In this document: positions 10,291 to 20,629 of the stretch, piece after piece
How the letters are laid out: each line of letters starts with the position of its first letter
Position numbering within the stretch: the first letter of the stretch is position 1
Position numbers and translations under genes: made by a program
The notes under the pieces: generated by a model
What the model was told of the DNA's origin: nothing
Seen by the model: only the letters and a program-made list of their open reading frames with translations
Databases searched by the model: none
From: a virus
Lineage: Duplodnaviria > Caudoviricetes
Strand: one strand, 5' to 3'
IMG/VR virus record: IMGVR_UViG_3300020148_000032
Length of the DNA: 64,000 bases

Positions 10291-10452
10291 TAAGAATCTT
10301 TATTTGTTTCTATCAGCTGTTTCTTTTTCCCATTGTTTGCGATCCTCTTCCTTTCGTCGGTGATAATCGTCATTTACGAACGGGCCAGCCAAGAAGAAAT
10401 GTAATAAGTTTAGCGTATACTTTCTTAGTCATTTCTTTCGCACTGTTAGTTA

Positions 10453-10923
10453 TTATCTTTCTCCCTTAAAAGATGTATTAATCTTTCTATAATGTTTTTT
10501 CACTTGCTGAACAAGTTCATGAATGCTGTTCACTACTTTTACCTCTGGTCTCTCAAGAGAAAGTTGAAATTCAACATCAAAGGCTCGTTTATACTCTGGG
10601 TGAACTCCAACAAAAAGAGGTTTGTCCTTCATCATCATTTTCCCTAATTCTAAAAGAGTGATAGGGCAAAGGGTCTCCTTAGGGAACCAGAAAAGTATGG
10701 CGCCAGACAATTCAAGAGCTTCAAATTCCCATGAGATTTGAACCCTTGCTATTTCTCCCTCTAAAGTAATCAACTCGTTACGGCGAGGGTTAGTTACAGT
10801 GATATCTAAATCTTCAAGTAATCCTATAATTTCATCCTGCCATAAAGGGCAATTACTAATTCCTCCTGCTAGAAAAAGATCTGGATTAGTATTAATAATT
10901 TCTGGAGATGTATAAACTTTCAT
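10453..10923 (-). CDS. Nucleoside 2-deoxyribosyltransferase-like protein
   Basis: FLAGGI...WQ...NPRR...QISWE...ILFWFP...PITLLELG motifs. Confidence 0.85.
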   Translation of the reverse strand: MKVYTSPEIINTNPDLFLAGGISNCPLWQDEIIGLLEDLDITVTNPRRNELITLEGEIARVQISWEFEALELSGAILFWFPKETLCPITLLELGKMMMKDKPLFVGVHPEYKRAFDVEFQLSLERPEVKVVNSIHELVQQVKKHYRKINTSFKGER

Positions 10924-11044
10924 AAGAACCCCTTTCGCATAATTATTATATCGAGCGGTTGTGTTTTTTAAAACAGCATGTTACTATTAGAAATAGGTTT
11001 ATTGAAAAAGAGATTCTCTCACGGTAGTTAATTAAGGAATAAAA

Positions 11045-11311
11045 ATGACACAAACTTTCATTACTAAGGATGATGTTCTCTCTATGGCAAACGAGGTCTC
11101 TCGCCTTCTGCTTGCAAACGGAGCGTCAATCACCGAGTCGCAAGAGAGCAAGATTGTTACTCTCCTCATGAATCTCTCAATTCTTGTTAGAGACATTTCG
11201 TACTCTGCTGATTCAGACAGGTTGCGGTTTGATTCTGAAGTAGAGGCAGAGGTAACTTTTAATGATCGGCGGCACCTTGAACTTCTTTCTTCAGGAATGT
11301 TTGACAAGTAA
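11045..11311 (+). CDS. Hypothetical protein
   Basis: 88-aa ORF with AAGGA RBS. Confidence 0.6.
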   Translation: MTQTFITKDDVLSMANEVSRLLLANGASITESQESKIVTLLMNLSILVRDISYSADSDRLRFDSEVEAEVTFNDRRHLELLSSGMFDK

Positions 11312-11330
11312 CGTATTACCTGTATAGAAT
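11301..11330 (+). promoter_or_regulatory. Sigma70/SigA-type promoter
   Basis: TTGACA-18 nt-TAGAAT upstream of 11355. Confidence 0.6.
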
Positions 11331-11354
11331 AATACTTGTCGAAAGGTTAAGGAA

Positions 11355-11540
11355 ATGATGACACTCACTCGGGCAATGATGGTTTTTTCTCTTTACATGA
11401 TTTCTTTTATCTCGTTTGTATTTTTTGCACTGGCGGCAGGTGGAGTTTTCATTGTTGAGGGTGATTACACTATGATTGGACTTGCATCTTCTATATTTTC
11501 AATGGTGCTGGCTCTAATCATGGACCGCCCTAACGTGTGA
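11355..11540 (+). CDS. Small 2-TM membrane protein
   Basis: 61 aa, hydrophobic, with RBS and promoter. Confidence 0.6.
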   Translation: MMTLTRAMMVFSLYMISFISFVFFALAAGGVFIVEGDYTMIGLASSIFSMVLALIMDRPNV

Positions 11541-11714
11541 AGCAAAAAGAACTCTGGGGTCAACATTTATTTGGTTGACCCCAAACAGGGCGTTATTATT
11601 CACAACTTCTGTGTTAACCCCACGAGTACTACTCTCTTCGCAATAACAACATTGTTCTTATTCGAGAGAACGCGGATCTTTTTATAAAGGCTTGCCCTGC
11701 ATAAAACTAAAGAA

Positions 11715-11754
11715 AACTCTTAAGGCACCCCTTTCTATGGGTGCCTTAAGAGTT
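11715..11754. terminator. Intrinsic terminator
   Basis: AACTCTTAAGGCACCC...GGGTGCCTTAAGAGTT hairpin at the end of the GNAT gene. Confidence 0.8.
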
Positions 11755-12073
11755 AGAGATAAAAATCTACTCTACGCGGATGTCTTTCCATGTAATATTT
11801 ATCTTGTCGTGAGTGATCAAGTATGAAACCGAATCGAGAGTAGAAATCACGCAATTGTTCGTTATTCATACCTGGAGCAAATTGTGCAGCTTCAAGGATA
11901 AGGGTTAACCCGTTCTTATCAGCATACTCACAAAGTTTAAGGAATAGGCCGGTTGCATGACCTTCTTTCTTCTTTCGTGAGTAGACCTCACTCACTGTTG
12001 CTCTCTTTGTGTTTTCCCACATCACTAATCTTGCCGATGCTGAATCACAAAAGAATTCAATCTCATCATTCAT
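11753..12073 (-). CDS. GNAT-family acetyltransferase-like protein
   Basis: K..G.AT.L...L...AD...L.L.A and L.DFY.RFGF motif A/B pattern. Confidence 0.7.
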   Translation of the reverse strand: MNDEIEFFCDSASARLVMWENTKRATVSEVYSRKKKEGHATGLFLKLCEYADKNGLTLILEAAQFAPGMNNEQLRDFYSRFGFILDHSRQDKYYMERHPRRVDFYL

Positions 12074-12077
12074 TACA

Positions 12078-12770
12078 TTATTCCTGCTCTAACTTGTTGA
12101 TAGGAATTTGATGAACAACTCGAGCGATAGGAATATAACATTCGGAAGTGTTAACACCATTAGTGAGATCAACACAAGAAAGCTCCAGAACAAATGATTC
12201 TTCGTCAACATTCATAGCGACTTCAGAGTAATCTTTTACAAAATAAATTTCATTTTCATATTTGAAGCTATAAAAATCATTAGTTCCCCATTCATCAATT
12301 TGGTATGTATAATTACTCGTTCCAAGTGATGTTTCTGGCGAAAGAACTAAATTATCAACAATGCTTTCTTTAGGGTAATCAGGATGCGGATGTTCTTTTA
12401 CATATGTTACATCATGAGTGAAAGTGAAAGAGAGAGCAATGACTGACGAGACTACCATGAAAACAGCAGCCGCAATAGTAACAAGTCTAGCATAAAGGGG
12501 AACTACTAGCTTTCTAGTGTAAAAAAGTACAAACAAAAGTACTAGTACGAAAAGTAAGAGGACTATTGGATCAACATCTCCAACTACATATTGGTATTCC
12601 ACATTTTTATAAATATTCAAAGAAATAAGACCTAAAATAGCACCTAAAATGCTGGTAACTACTGTAGCGGTGAAGTTAAATTTCGATCCAGGTTTTAATT
12701 GATGCTCTTCTACGAATATAAATTGAAAAAATCCGGCAATCAATATCAAAAATATTGTGATAACAAACAT
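12078..12770 (-). CDS. Multi-TM membrane protein, paralogue of 7650-8309
   Basis: About 4 TM plus shared Cys-pair C-terminal domain. Confidence 0.75.
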   Translation of the reverse strand: MFVITIFLILIAGFFQFIFVEEHQLKPGSKFNFTATVVTSILGAILGLISLNIYKNVEYQYVVGDVDPIVLLLFVLVLLFVLFYTRKLVVPLYARLVTIAAAVFMVVSSVIALSFTFTHDVTYVKEHPHPDYPKESIVDNLVLSPETSLGTSNYTYQIDEWGTNDFYSFKYENEIYFVKDYSEVAMNVDEESFVLELSCVDLTNGVNTSECYIPIARVVHQIPINKLEQE

Positions 12771-12819
12771 GTTCTTCCTTTCTAAAAGATTGTAAAAATT
12801 TTAACAAGAAAAAGCAGAT

Positions 12820-13119
12820 TTATTTTTCGTCAAGTATCTTTCGGTACGCTTCAACAGATTCTAGAAGATCCTCACTAGAGAAAGTCACTCTGCGAACCTT
12901 TGATTTCTCCTTCTTCAAAAGAGAATTCCATCCAAAGAAGCTTTCCTTAAAGCAGAAATTATCAACAATTTCATCATCATTGTTAATGCGCGAGTATGCG
13001 ATTACTTCGCAATTATTAATGCTTCCGTGAGAATAATAGCCTCTATTACTAGAATAATCATGAACATTAAGACCCTCGATAAGCCCCATGAGAGTAGCAA
13101 TCATTTCATGATGAGACAC
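12820..13119 (-). CDS. Hypothetical protein
   Basis: 99-aa ORF. Confidence 0.5.
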   Translation of the reverse strand: MSHHEMIATLMGLIEGLNVHDYSSNRGYYSHGSINNCEVIAYSRINNDDEIVDNFCFKESFFGWNSLLKKEKSKVRRVTFSSEDLLESVEAYRKILDEK

Positions 13120-13204
13120 AACAACTACATTTCTAGAGTTTGAATGTAATTCGAGTTCATGAAGAAACAGTCTTGCGCGAGGCGAATAAGAGTATGAGGA
13201 AGCA

Positions 13205-13558
13205 TTAAGAGGTCACCTTTTCATCAATAGATTTTATATCTTCCATAATTGGGTTAGAGACTGCAACATGCCCATTATCGTAAAAAATTGCAATGTTCCC
13301 GTGACGGAGGGTGCGAGTGTTCCCACAACATTTATCATAGAAAGCAAGGGCGTCTTTACCATCAATTTTGAAGCCCCAAATCTCACCATCTAAAATCTTC
13401 ATGAGTTTTTCTTGAGTTTGATCAGTAAGTGGCACCTCCATTAAAATTATTGACCCATTAGGTCCGTGAAGACCTTTGCAGCCGAAAGAAGTTGTCGATT
13501 CGGAATTTGGATGACAACAAGTGGACGAAGAATGTCCCTCGCATGGTCCCGTATTCAT
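13205..13558 (-). CDS. Hypothetical protein
   Basis: 117-aa ORF coupled to the upstream ORF by overlapping stop/start. Confidence 0.6.
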   Translation of the reverse strand: MNTGPCEGHSSSTCCHPNSESTTSFGCKGLHGPNGSIILMEVPLTDQTQEKLMKILDGEIWGFKIDGKDALAFYDKCCGNTRTLRHGNIAIFYDNGHVAVSNPIMEDIKSIDEKVTS

Positions 13559-13821
13559 AGTTCTCTCCTATTTTCATTATTCGCGTTCTCTAGCACACAA
13601 AGTATACTTTTAACATTTAGAATCTTTGTATTGTATTTTAAGATTGATGATTCTTTCATGTCTCTAAAGAGGTTAAGCCTTTCAAGTCTGCGCTCATCAT
13701 AAACTCTATTTTGGTCCTTCATTGTAAGCTCAATATTCGAGAGTTCTTCAGTAGAAATCTCAAGCTGGTTCTTATAATACATAAGGAGGGTTTTGTAGAA
13801 AACCTTTTTTAGTTTATTCAT
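13555..13821 (-). CDS. Hypothetical coiled-coil protein
   Basis: 88-aa ORF with GGAG RBS. Confidence 0.6.
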   Translation of the reverse strand: MNKLKKVFYKTLLMYYKNQLEISTEELSNIELTMKDQNRVYDERRLERLNLFRDMKESSILKYNTKILNVKSILCVLENANNENRREL

Positions 13822-13965
13822 GATAAAGCTCCCTCAATAAAGATACCTATTTATCTTATTTTAACCTTATCATATGCGGACATTAAAATCAAATTTAATC
13901 ATGGTTGATTTTTATAAGAGTACCGTGTAAAGTATGTATTAATGAATTCTTGAAAGGCGATTATC

Positions 13966-14247
13966 GTGAAGGCTTATATTCTGAATCTCATTAAGATTGT
14001 TCGGGTCTTTTTTGCAAAGCTTGTTATTCGTCAACATGAATACGCTATGTCTGAACTTGAATTCGAGCGAAAGATGATCATTGAATCTTACGAGTCAAAG
14101 ATTTCTCATTGGTCTCACCTCTCTTGGACTCCTGGATACCGCGATCTAGTTGAAGACTATGATGCTGAACTTAACAATCTAGAGTCTCGGATCTCTATCC
14201 AAAAGGACTTGTATAATCGAGCAGTGAAGACTCTCGAAAATATTTAA
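13966..14247 (+). CDS. Hypothetical coiled-coil protein
   Basis: 93-aa ORF, GTG start with RBS. Confidence 0.6.
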   Translation: MKAYILNLIKIVRVFFAKLVIRQHEYAMSELEFERKMIIESYESKISHWSHLSWTPGYRDLVEDYDAELNNLESRISIQKDLYNRAVKTLENI

Positions 14248-14259
14248 GGCGGTAATGAA

Positions 14260-14577
14260 ATGCTTGAAATAACAATCAATGGAAATTCTCATCGTCTTGA
14301 GAAGGTAGCCTTTGAAGACATTAAGATGGGAGATCATGTTGCTCATCTTTACATTGACCCAGAGGGTAATGGAAACCAACTATGGTATGGAAATGTCAGC
14401 GGCGGGCAGCATGATCGACTTGGTGTAATTCGATACTACTGTAAGGCTGATCCTGAATCTTACGATTTCACGGTTGAGTCCGTAGCAAAGAGTCCCAATA
14501 ACTCTTCAGAATGGGTTCTTGCTTCTTGGTGGCATGATGATGCCCCTGAGGGTCACTTCCTCTATCGTTTCATTTAA
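14260..14577 (+). CDS. Hypothetical protein
   Basis: 105-aa ORF directly downstream of 13966-14247. Confidence 0.65.
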   Translation: MLEITINGNSHRLEKVAFEDIKMGDHVAHLYIDPEGNGNQLWYGNVSGGQHDRLGVIRYYCKADPESYDFTVESVAKSPNNSSEWVLASWWHDDAPEGHFLYRFI

Positions 14578-14784
14578 CTTTAAGAGTTGTCCATTTTCAT
14601 TACTTTACGAAGAGATAGATGTTAGTCTGTCACTATAGAGGGTTATATGAAAATTTGGTGTCATTCATTCAAGCAGTGATTAACACTGCTTAAACTGCAG
14701 TTTAGATACCCACTAGAGAAATTCTTGAATAATTGAACAAAGAGTATTATTACTAAGCTTCTTCAAATTCTCATCACAATATTT

Positions 14785-15168
14785 TTAAGAGAGAATAAAA
14801 GTATCAGTCGCGATAACCCTTTTAAAGGTTAGTGATCTAAGGTGAATCCTAATTAACTGAAGTATGATCTCAATGAATTCCTCATCAGAACATTCAAGGG
14901 TAAAAAATCCATCTTGAAGAGAAGGGTCTTCATTGTAAGGCACCTCTACTTCGGAATAATCACCAGTTGCAAGACTGTGAATATGAGCTCTTGTGATTAT
15001 TCTTTTATTATCAACCTTGCGCCACTCATGAATAGGGTCAAAATTTAAGTCAGAGATAACTTTCTTGTAAGCTCGTTTCAAATCACTAGTTTTTATGTTT
15101 TCTTGAATATGAAAAAGTGTAGGGACTTCATCATTACAAAACCTTATGTCAACAATTTCGGTTGCCAT
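14785..15168 (-). CDS. Hypothetical protein
   Basis: Likely start MATEIV after a GGGAG RBS; the ORF track extends it to 15198. Confidence 0.6.
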   Translation of the reverse strand: MATEIVDIRFCNDEVPTLFHIQENIKTSDLKRAYKKVISDLNFDPIHEWRKVDNKRIITRAHIHSLATGDYSEVEVPYNEDPSLQDGFFTLECSDEEFIEIILQLIRIHLRSLTFKRVIATDTFILS

Positions 15169-15362
15169 TATTTGACTCCCTCTAAAGAACCGATCCAACG
15201 ATACTCTCTAATGAGACGCTTCATCGTTAGTTTCTTTGAACATTCTTTAAGATTCTCGATAGTCACTTCTGACCAAGTTTCGTCTCGAAATATTTCAGTA
15301 ATTTTAAACACTTCTCTAGTTTGCGGGTTCACCCACACTTGGTTAATCTCAAAAATATTCAC
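15168..15362 (-). CDS. Small hypothetical protein
   Basis: 64-aa ORF with AGGAG RBS. Confidence 0.55.
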   Translation of the reverse strand: MNIFEINQVWVNPQTREVFKITEIFRDETWSEVTIENLKECSKKLTMKRLIREYRWIGSLEGVK

Positions 15363-15386
15363 GAAAGAACTCCTTATCGAAAGATC

Positions 15387-16277
15387 TTAATTCATTGTAT
15401 CATCTTTTATGATAATAGTCAAAGCCTTACAATATATTTTTTCTTCAATTTTGAGAGATAAAGGCGTGTAATAAGCATTAAAGAGGACAAAACCTACAGT
15501 AAGACCTATTGCTGTAGTTAAAAAGTTGGAAAGCGTTGATAAAAGTACAATAAGAGGAAGCACAACAAAAATAGAATAAGAGTTAAGAACTCTCATTGCT
15601 TGTAATGCTATCAAATAATGCTTTTTATTGTCAAGCTTTTTAACTGTCTCAAGTCTTGTTTCATCAAGATCAATCCTGATTTGCCCTACGCAAGAATTCT
15701 TCTTTAATTCGTTGAATGCTAATGACTGATAAGTATGATCAGTAAATTTTGTGTGAGAATATGAGAAAGAAGTAAGTTTTGAAACGTAATAAAGAAGAGC
15801 CAGAATTACCGCGGCAAGACATAGAAAGACACTGCCTGCGAATGCAATATGAAAAATTGTAGCCAAAGTATGAAAGACATTTTTTCGTGTCTCATTACTC
15901 ATGTTAAAGAATAGAAAGAGTGACATAAAAAGAAGTAGAGTTGAGAGAACTAGACCGCTTGAAATATACACAATCTTTTTTAAGGACCCCTTGAAATCTG
16001 AAAGAAGTATTTTAGAATCTTCGAGAACGTTGTTAACTATTTCTTCTTCTCTTATGTAACCGTTAGAGTCACTTTTTACTAAAAGCTCAGGATGTATAGA
16101 ATAACCGTCTTTTGAAGAGTATTGGTAACGGATCCCATCAACGGTGTAAAAAGTCTTATCTTTTAAAGGGCCTGATCCAGGTAGGATGTTGATTTCTTTA
16201 ATCCTTGCGTAAGATGTAGAATCCTTCTCTTTCTTTGACCGGTATTGTAAAGAATTGTCTAGAATAGTCCTGAACAT
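15387..16277 (-). CDS. Multi-TM membrane protein, tandem paralogue of 16290-17174
   Basis: Shared VDGIRY/IDAIGY, T.KKL...ALQ/ALE segments and about 4 TM. Confidence 0.75.
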   Translation of the reverse strand: MFRTILDNSLQYRSKKEKDSTSYARIKEINILPGSGPLKDKTFYTVDGIRYQYSSKDGYSIHPELLVKSDSNGYIREEEIVNNVLEDSKILLSDFKGSLKKIVYISSGLVLSTLLLFMSLFLFFNMSNETRKNVFHTLATIFHIAFAGSVFLCLAAVILALLYYVSKLTSFSYSHTKFTDHTYQSLAFNELKKNSCVGQIRIDLDETRLETVKKLDNKKHYLIALQAMRVLNSYSIFVVLPLIVLLSTLSNFLTTAIGLTVGFVLFNAYYTPLSLKIEEKIYCKALTIIIKDDTMN

Positions 16278-16289
16278 GTTGATTAACTC

Positions 16290-17174
16290 CTAAGCGTTCT
16301 TCTTCCTATTATCACTATCAATAGAGAGAGTTAAAGCTACAGAATAGATTGAAAGAACCTCAGCTAAAGCAAAAGGGTAAAGAAGCATAGTGAACAATGT
16401 GCCTACTGCCCATGAAATAATGAATGTAAGGTTGAAAGAGAAAAAGACGAAGAAAAGAGTAGTAAGCCCTATAATGGCAGTAAGGAAAGGGATTACTCTC
16501 ATGATTGTCTCTAGAGCAACAATTTCTACTTTAGATTCATTAAGTTTTTGAGTAGTTAACTTTTCACTTTCTTGAATATTAATAGTAAGAGAATGGTCAG
16601 GTTTATCAAACAAGTCATATCTTTGCACTAAAGCGTTAATTTTAGGGCTTTTAAGATCTTCAATTTTTGAAATCTTTGTAATTCCCCATATAAGAAATAG
16701 AACTGCAAGGACCCCCAAACCTATAGCAACAAATGCTGCAACTCCTTGTAAAATAGAAATAATTTTTTCGTTTACATGAATAGAATCTTTGAAAAGATAA
16801 AGAAGAATGCTAGAAGCAATGATAAAGAATGCTGAAATGAAAGAATTGATAATGAACGAGTTCCTTCGAGCGGTTGGAGTCACTTTATCTTGCCACAAGG
16901 TTTCATTTAACGATTCTTCACGAGTATAAAAATCTGTTTCTTTAATAAGAGTATAATTACTAATCTTGTACCCGTCTTGTCGGTTATTAAATTCATAACC
17001 GATGGCGTCAATAACAAACTTTTCAGTATCTTGAATTTTTAAAGACGGGTGCGGCTCACCAATATATTTGATCGTCTGCTCTGGTATTTTTGCCCAAGAT
17101 AACCTGTATTCTGAATGGTAAGTTTCTGATGGTTCAATCTTTGCACTATTCGCCGCGATAAAAAAGTTCTTCAT
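16290..17174 (-). CDS. Multi-TM membrane protein, tandem paralogue of 15387-16277
   Basis: Same shared segments and TM layout as 15387-16277. Confidence 0.75.
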   Translation of the reverse strand: MKNFFIAANSAKIEPSETYHSEYRLSWAKIPEQTIKYIGEPHPSLKIQDTEKFVIDAIGYEFNNRQDGYKISNYTLIKETDFYTREESLNETLWQDKVTPTARRNSFIINSFISAFFIIASSILLYLFKDSIHVNEKIISILQGVAAFVAIGLGVLAVLFLIWGITKISKIEDLKSPKINALVQRYDLFDKPDHSLTINIQESEKLTTQKLNESKVEIVALETIMRVIPFLTAIIGLTTLFFVFFSFNLTFIISWAVGTLFTMLLYPFALAEVLSIYSVALTLSIDSDNRKKNA

Positions 17175-17187
17175 AACATTTTCCTTA

Positions 17188-17628
17188 CTATTCAGACTTA
17201 CTCATTTTATCAAGACCGCAATGTAATCCTTTTGGAGCTAAACGCTCTTTAAGAAGCCTTTCAGAAACTGAGTCCTCGTGAGAATTCTTAACGAATTCCA
17301 AGATTTCGTAGAGAGTAATGACTTCATCAAGAGGTAAAGTAAATGTAAGATCTTGATCATTTAACCTGTGAGAAAGTTCTTGGTCGAACCTTTTGAAAAT
17401 AACAATCAAATTTTCAAGAGCTCTAGAGTTTAAAATACCTGAAGTTAAAACAAAACCTTCCCAGTAATATGTAGCGAAAAAGTCTACCAGAGTGTCAAAT
17501 TCTGACCTGTTAAGAACTACTTTTGAATCCTTCTTCTCTCTTAACCTTTTGAAATCATTGAGTTGTCTCTCCTCTTTAAGCTTTTCATACATGTATTTCA
17601 GATCAATAAAGCTGCTATTTTTATGCAT
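17188..17628 (-). CDS. Hypothetical protein, tandem paralogue of 17621-18088
   Basis: FFATYYWEGF / TLYEILEFVKNS match FADNYLWDGW / QLYTIHLFVNSS; probable start MHKNSS. Confidence 0.65.
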   Translation of the reverse strand: MHKNSSFIDLKYMYEKLKEERQLNDFKRLREKKDSKVVLNRSEFDTLVDFFATYYWEGFVLTSGILNSRALENLIVIFKRFDQELSHRLNDQDLTFTLPLDEVITLYEILEFVKNSHEDSVSERLLKERLAPKGLHCGLDKMSKSE

Positions 17629-18088
17629 ATTTAATACCCCAACTCTCAAGAAAGCTATCTTTAAAATTAGAGCCATCTATTATTGGGAAGTTTTTGTCAA
17701 TGTCAGGGAAGCCTTCCCTAATAGCAAAAGTCTCATTTGACTCTCTCAGCAAAAAGTCAGAATTATTCCGGCTATTTTTAAGATTTTCGAGAGCCAAGGC
17801 TTTGTCAGATGAATTAACAAAAAGGTGGATTGTATACAATTGAAGTATTCTATCTTTCGTTTCATTAAACACTAATCTGCCTTGGTCATTTGGAGCGATT
17901 TTTTCTAAATACTCATAAAGATATTCAGATATGTCTCTCATCTGGTCAATATCCCAGTAACCACTACAGGACTTCCAACCATCCCACAAATAATTGTCAG
18001 CAAAGTCAAAAATTTTCTTTAAGTCTTCTTGTTTGATCGAATACCGACTCAAGCGTAAAAGCTTTTGAAAAAGTTCATCTGGATTCAT
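17621..18088 (-). CDS. Hypothetical protein, tandem paralogue
   Basis: 155-aa ORF with RBS. Confidence 0.65.
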   Translation of the reverse strand: MNPDELFQKLLRLSRYSIKQEDLKKIFDFADNYLWDGWKSCSGYWDIDQMRDISEYLYEYLEKIAPNDQGRLVFNETKDRILQLYTIHLFVNSSDKALALENLKNSRNNSDFLLRESNETFAIREGFPDIDKNFPIIDGSNFKDSFLESWGIKYA

Positions 18089-18202
18089 GATTGTCCCTTT
18101 CGTTAAATGCGTCGAGATAAAAAGAGAAAGGTTCTTTTCCCTTCAAGCTCGATAATCTATTATCCTTAGAGTTCCAATACCCTAGAGTAGCAATAATAGT
18201 AT

Positions 18203-18730
18203 TCAAAAGATACCCCAATAAGACACATTGTCAGAGTGATCCCAATAACCCACCTCTTCATCGACGAAAAGACGCGCGTGACCGGCTGGGTAAACACATT
18301 GATGTTCTGGGTAAGTCGGGTTTACTTTTCCGCAAATTCCATTAGGGTCCGATTCATAATCAATCCCAAGACCATCAAGAGTTAACTTGTAAATTCCAAT
18401 GGCTTCTTTCAACATTTCAGAATTAAGATCATTCCTCTTGAAGATTGCCCGTCCAATAAGAGTAGCGTTCTCCTTAAGTTCTTCGTAAGAGAGAACAGAA
18501 TTGAAAAGTCTTTCTTCAGATGAAACTCTCACATATTGAGCCCTCTTCACAAGTTTCTGCAAATCATCTTTAGGCAGATTCAAGAAATCTTGCACATCCC
18601 GAGCCATTTCAGTGTCTGCCTGCCACAATGAGAAGGCAAACCTCACGTCTTTGTTCTTTACTTTCGTTTCTAGAATTCTAGAAACTTTCTTCGCGTTCTT
18701 TTTCGAAAGCGTGTTAAAAATGAGATCCAT
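18203..18730 (-). CDS. Hypothetical protein with C-terminal C-C-H-H putative metal finger
   Basis: ICG...HQCVYPAGH...DHSD motif. Confidence 0.65.
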   Translation of the reverse strand: MDLIFNTLSKKNAKKVSRILETKVKNKDVRFAFSLWQADTEMARDVQDFLNLPKDDLQKLVKRAQYVRVSSEERLFNSVLSYEELKENATLIGRAIFKRNDLNSEMLKEAIGIYKLTLDGLGIDYESDPNGICGKVNPTYPEHQCVYPAGHARLFVDEEVGYWDHSDNVSYWGIF

Positions 18731-18733
18731 TAT

Positions 18734-19066
18734 TTACTCCGTAAAACTGTCAACAAATTGAAGGGAAAGTGAAATCTTTGTTCCGTATTCTCGTTCTTCC
18801 TCAGCTCTAGAACCGTAGGGGAACTGAACTTCGAAAATTTCTTTCCGGAGGATAAGGGTGGGGTATTCTTTATCAGCTTGAATCCAACCAGAATAAACTC
18901 CGGTCTCATCCTCTTGAATGAGAACCTTCTTTACAGTATCTCCAGGATTAAGGTAGAATTCGATAGCTCTACGCTCTTGAACTGGGAATACATTCGTAAA
19001 GTTTTCAACCGAAGTCTCGATTCCGCCTTGAACAATGACGTAACCATTCCATACTCTCTTATTCAT
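18734..19066 (-). CDS. Hypothetical phage-type protein
   Basis: 110-aa ORF with consensus promoter upstream. Confidence 0.7.
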   Translation of the reverse strand: MNKRVWNGYVIVQGGIETSVENFTNVFPVQERRAIEFYLNPGDTVKKVLIQEDETGVYSGWIQADKEYPTLILRKEIFEVQFPYGSRAEEEREYGTKISLSLQFVDSFTE

Positions 19067-19099
19067 AACGAGACCCTTCCGGTTATAGTACTTAGTACT

Positions 19100-19128
19100 A
19101 TCCTAACAAATTATTACTCTCGCGTCAA
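19100..19128 (-). promoter_or_regulatory. Sigma70/SigA-type promoter
   Basis: TTGACG-17 nt-TAGGAT. Confidence 0.6.
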
Positions 19129-19879
19129 TAGGGAGTTTTACATGCTTCTCTGTTCTGGCTTACTCGAAAATATGGAACGGAAACTTCTAGAATCTTTCAT
19201 TAATATTATGGAAGGGACAAAAGTCTTGCGCACTTTGCATCTTCATACTCGTACTCTCCCTAACGTTGACGTTGAAGTTTTTTTATGATTTAGGTTTTCA
19301 AGATCAGAATCAGAGAATCATGGGTAAGAAAGCTAAAGTGATTGCTTATTACATATTAGAATAGTGATAAGTCTAAAATCTGGCGCGCTCTCATAAATAC
19401 TCGTGTTATGGGAATCAAAGTTGAAATTGATAGAGGTAAGGGTGTCAAAATTAGGTTGCCAATTGGGACAAAGTGGAGATGTAAATACGGACAGAAGTTT
19501 ATCATCGTTGATAGAGAAATAGAATTCATTAGTCTTAATAAAGAGAGAAAGACTTACTTTCAGGAAATAGAATAAAAAAATCGTGTGTTTGATTTTTCTA
19601 AGAATCGTGTTATAGTAGTTCTTATCAACGAAAGGTTTTGAAATGACTGTTCAGCTCTTCTTGCATTGGAAACTCTACCTTTGAACCCCTCACTAAGGGA
19701 CCCGAGAACATCGTTCTTGTTATCCACCTGGAGGAAGGATATCTTATGCTAAAAGTCCATCAATTTATGAATCGCTTGCGATCAATGAAAGATTCGCGGG
19801 CGGTCGAATTCTTAAAGTCTTTCGACATGACAAGGAATTTACCGTCTCATTCTGAAAGTAAGGATTCTTAACCCTCATA

Positions 19880-19927
19880 CTTGAAAACCTTGGTAACTGC
19901 TATACTGCGGCTACCAAGGTTTTCAAG
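19880..19927. terminator. Intrinsic terminator-like hairpin
   Basis: CTTGAAAACCTTGGTA...TACCAAGGTTTTCAAG inverted repeat. Confidence 0.7.
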
Positions 19928-20033
19928 TAAATCCATATCGTTACACATGATAATCTAACAATGCTGAACTAACTTAGTCTCTTGCCGACTACACGTAAAA
20001 GAGTCGTACAATCGCGCGAGATATAGACAAGAT

Positions 20034-20582
20034 TTACAAAGAGAGAAACCTTCTCATCTCTTCTAAATTCTTTGGGGTTAACCCATTCTTACTCTCGCAT
20101 TCAACAGCAAGAACGCGAGGGTCTTGAAACACTTCATGAGTTTTAGAATAATAAGAGAGCAAGTTTCTATAACTCTTTATGTCATCATCACACCAAATTA
20201 CTTTATCTTCAATAGAAAGCGAGTCAAGTAATTTTTTCACTCCCTCAATTTTCCACCAATACGTTAAATTTCTAGAGACCGTCTCTCGAATCCAATCCCA
20301 ATCAGACCCAAAACCAAGTTCTGGAGCAAGTATTGAAACAGCGCGATCCTTCCACGTGGTACACCACATTCCTTGCGCTCTAGATTCAGTTAAAAGCTCT
20401 TTCAATTCTTTTACTAGATCTTTCGAATAACACACATCATAGACTCCAGCAAGCGTTGTACGAATCCACGATTCTTTATCCCAATGAGAGAGATCCTCGT
20501 CTGAATCTGGGAGAGCATTCACAACACCATCAATGTCAAAGAGAATAAAAACTTTACCTTCGCTCAGAGTCATTTTTCTCAC
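20034..20582 (-). CDS. HAD-superfamily phosphatase (resembles the HAD domain of Swiss-Army-Knife RNA-repair proteins)
   Basis: LFDIDGVVN, WCTTW, WWK, VIWCDDD, GLT motifs. Confidence 0.8.
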   Translation of the reverse strand: MRKMTLSEGKVFILFDIDGVVNALPDSDEDLSHWDKESWIRTTLAGVYDVCYSKDLVKELKELLTESRAQGMWCTTWKDRAVSILAPELGFGSDWDWIRETVSRNLTYWWKIEGVKKLLDSLSIEDKVIWCDDDIKSYRNLLSYYSKTHEVFQDPRVLAVECESKNGLTPKNLEEMRRFLSL

Positions 20583-20629
20583 CTTTCAAAAGTTCCTCAA
20601 AAAGATTATAACGAGAGTTACTCTCTTAC

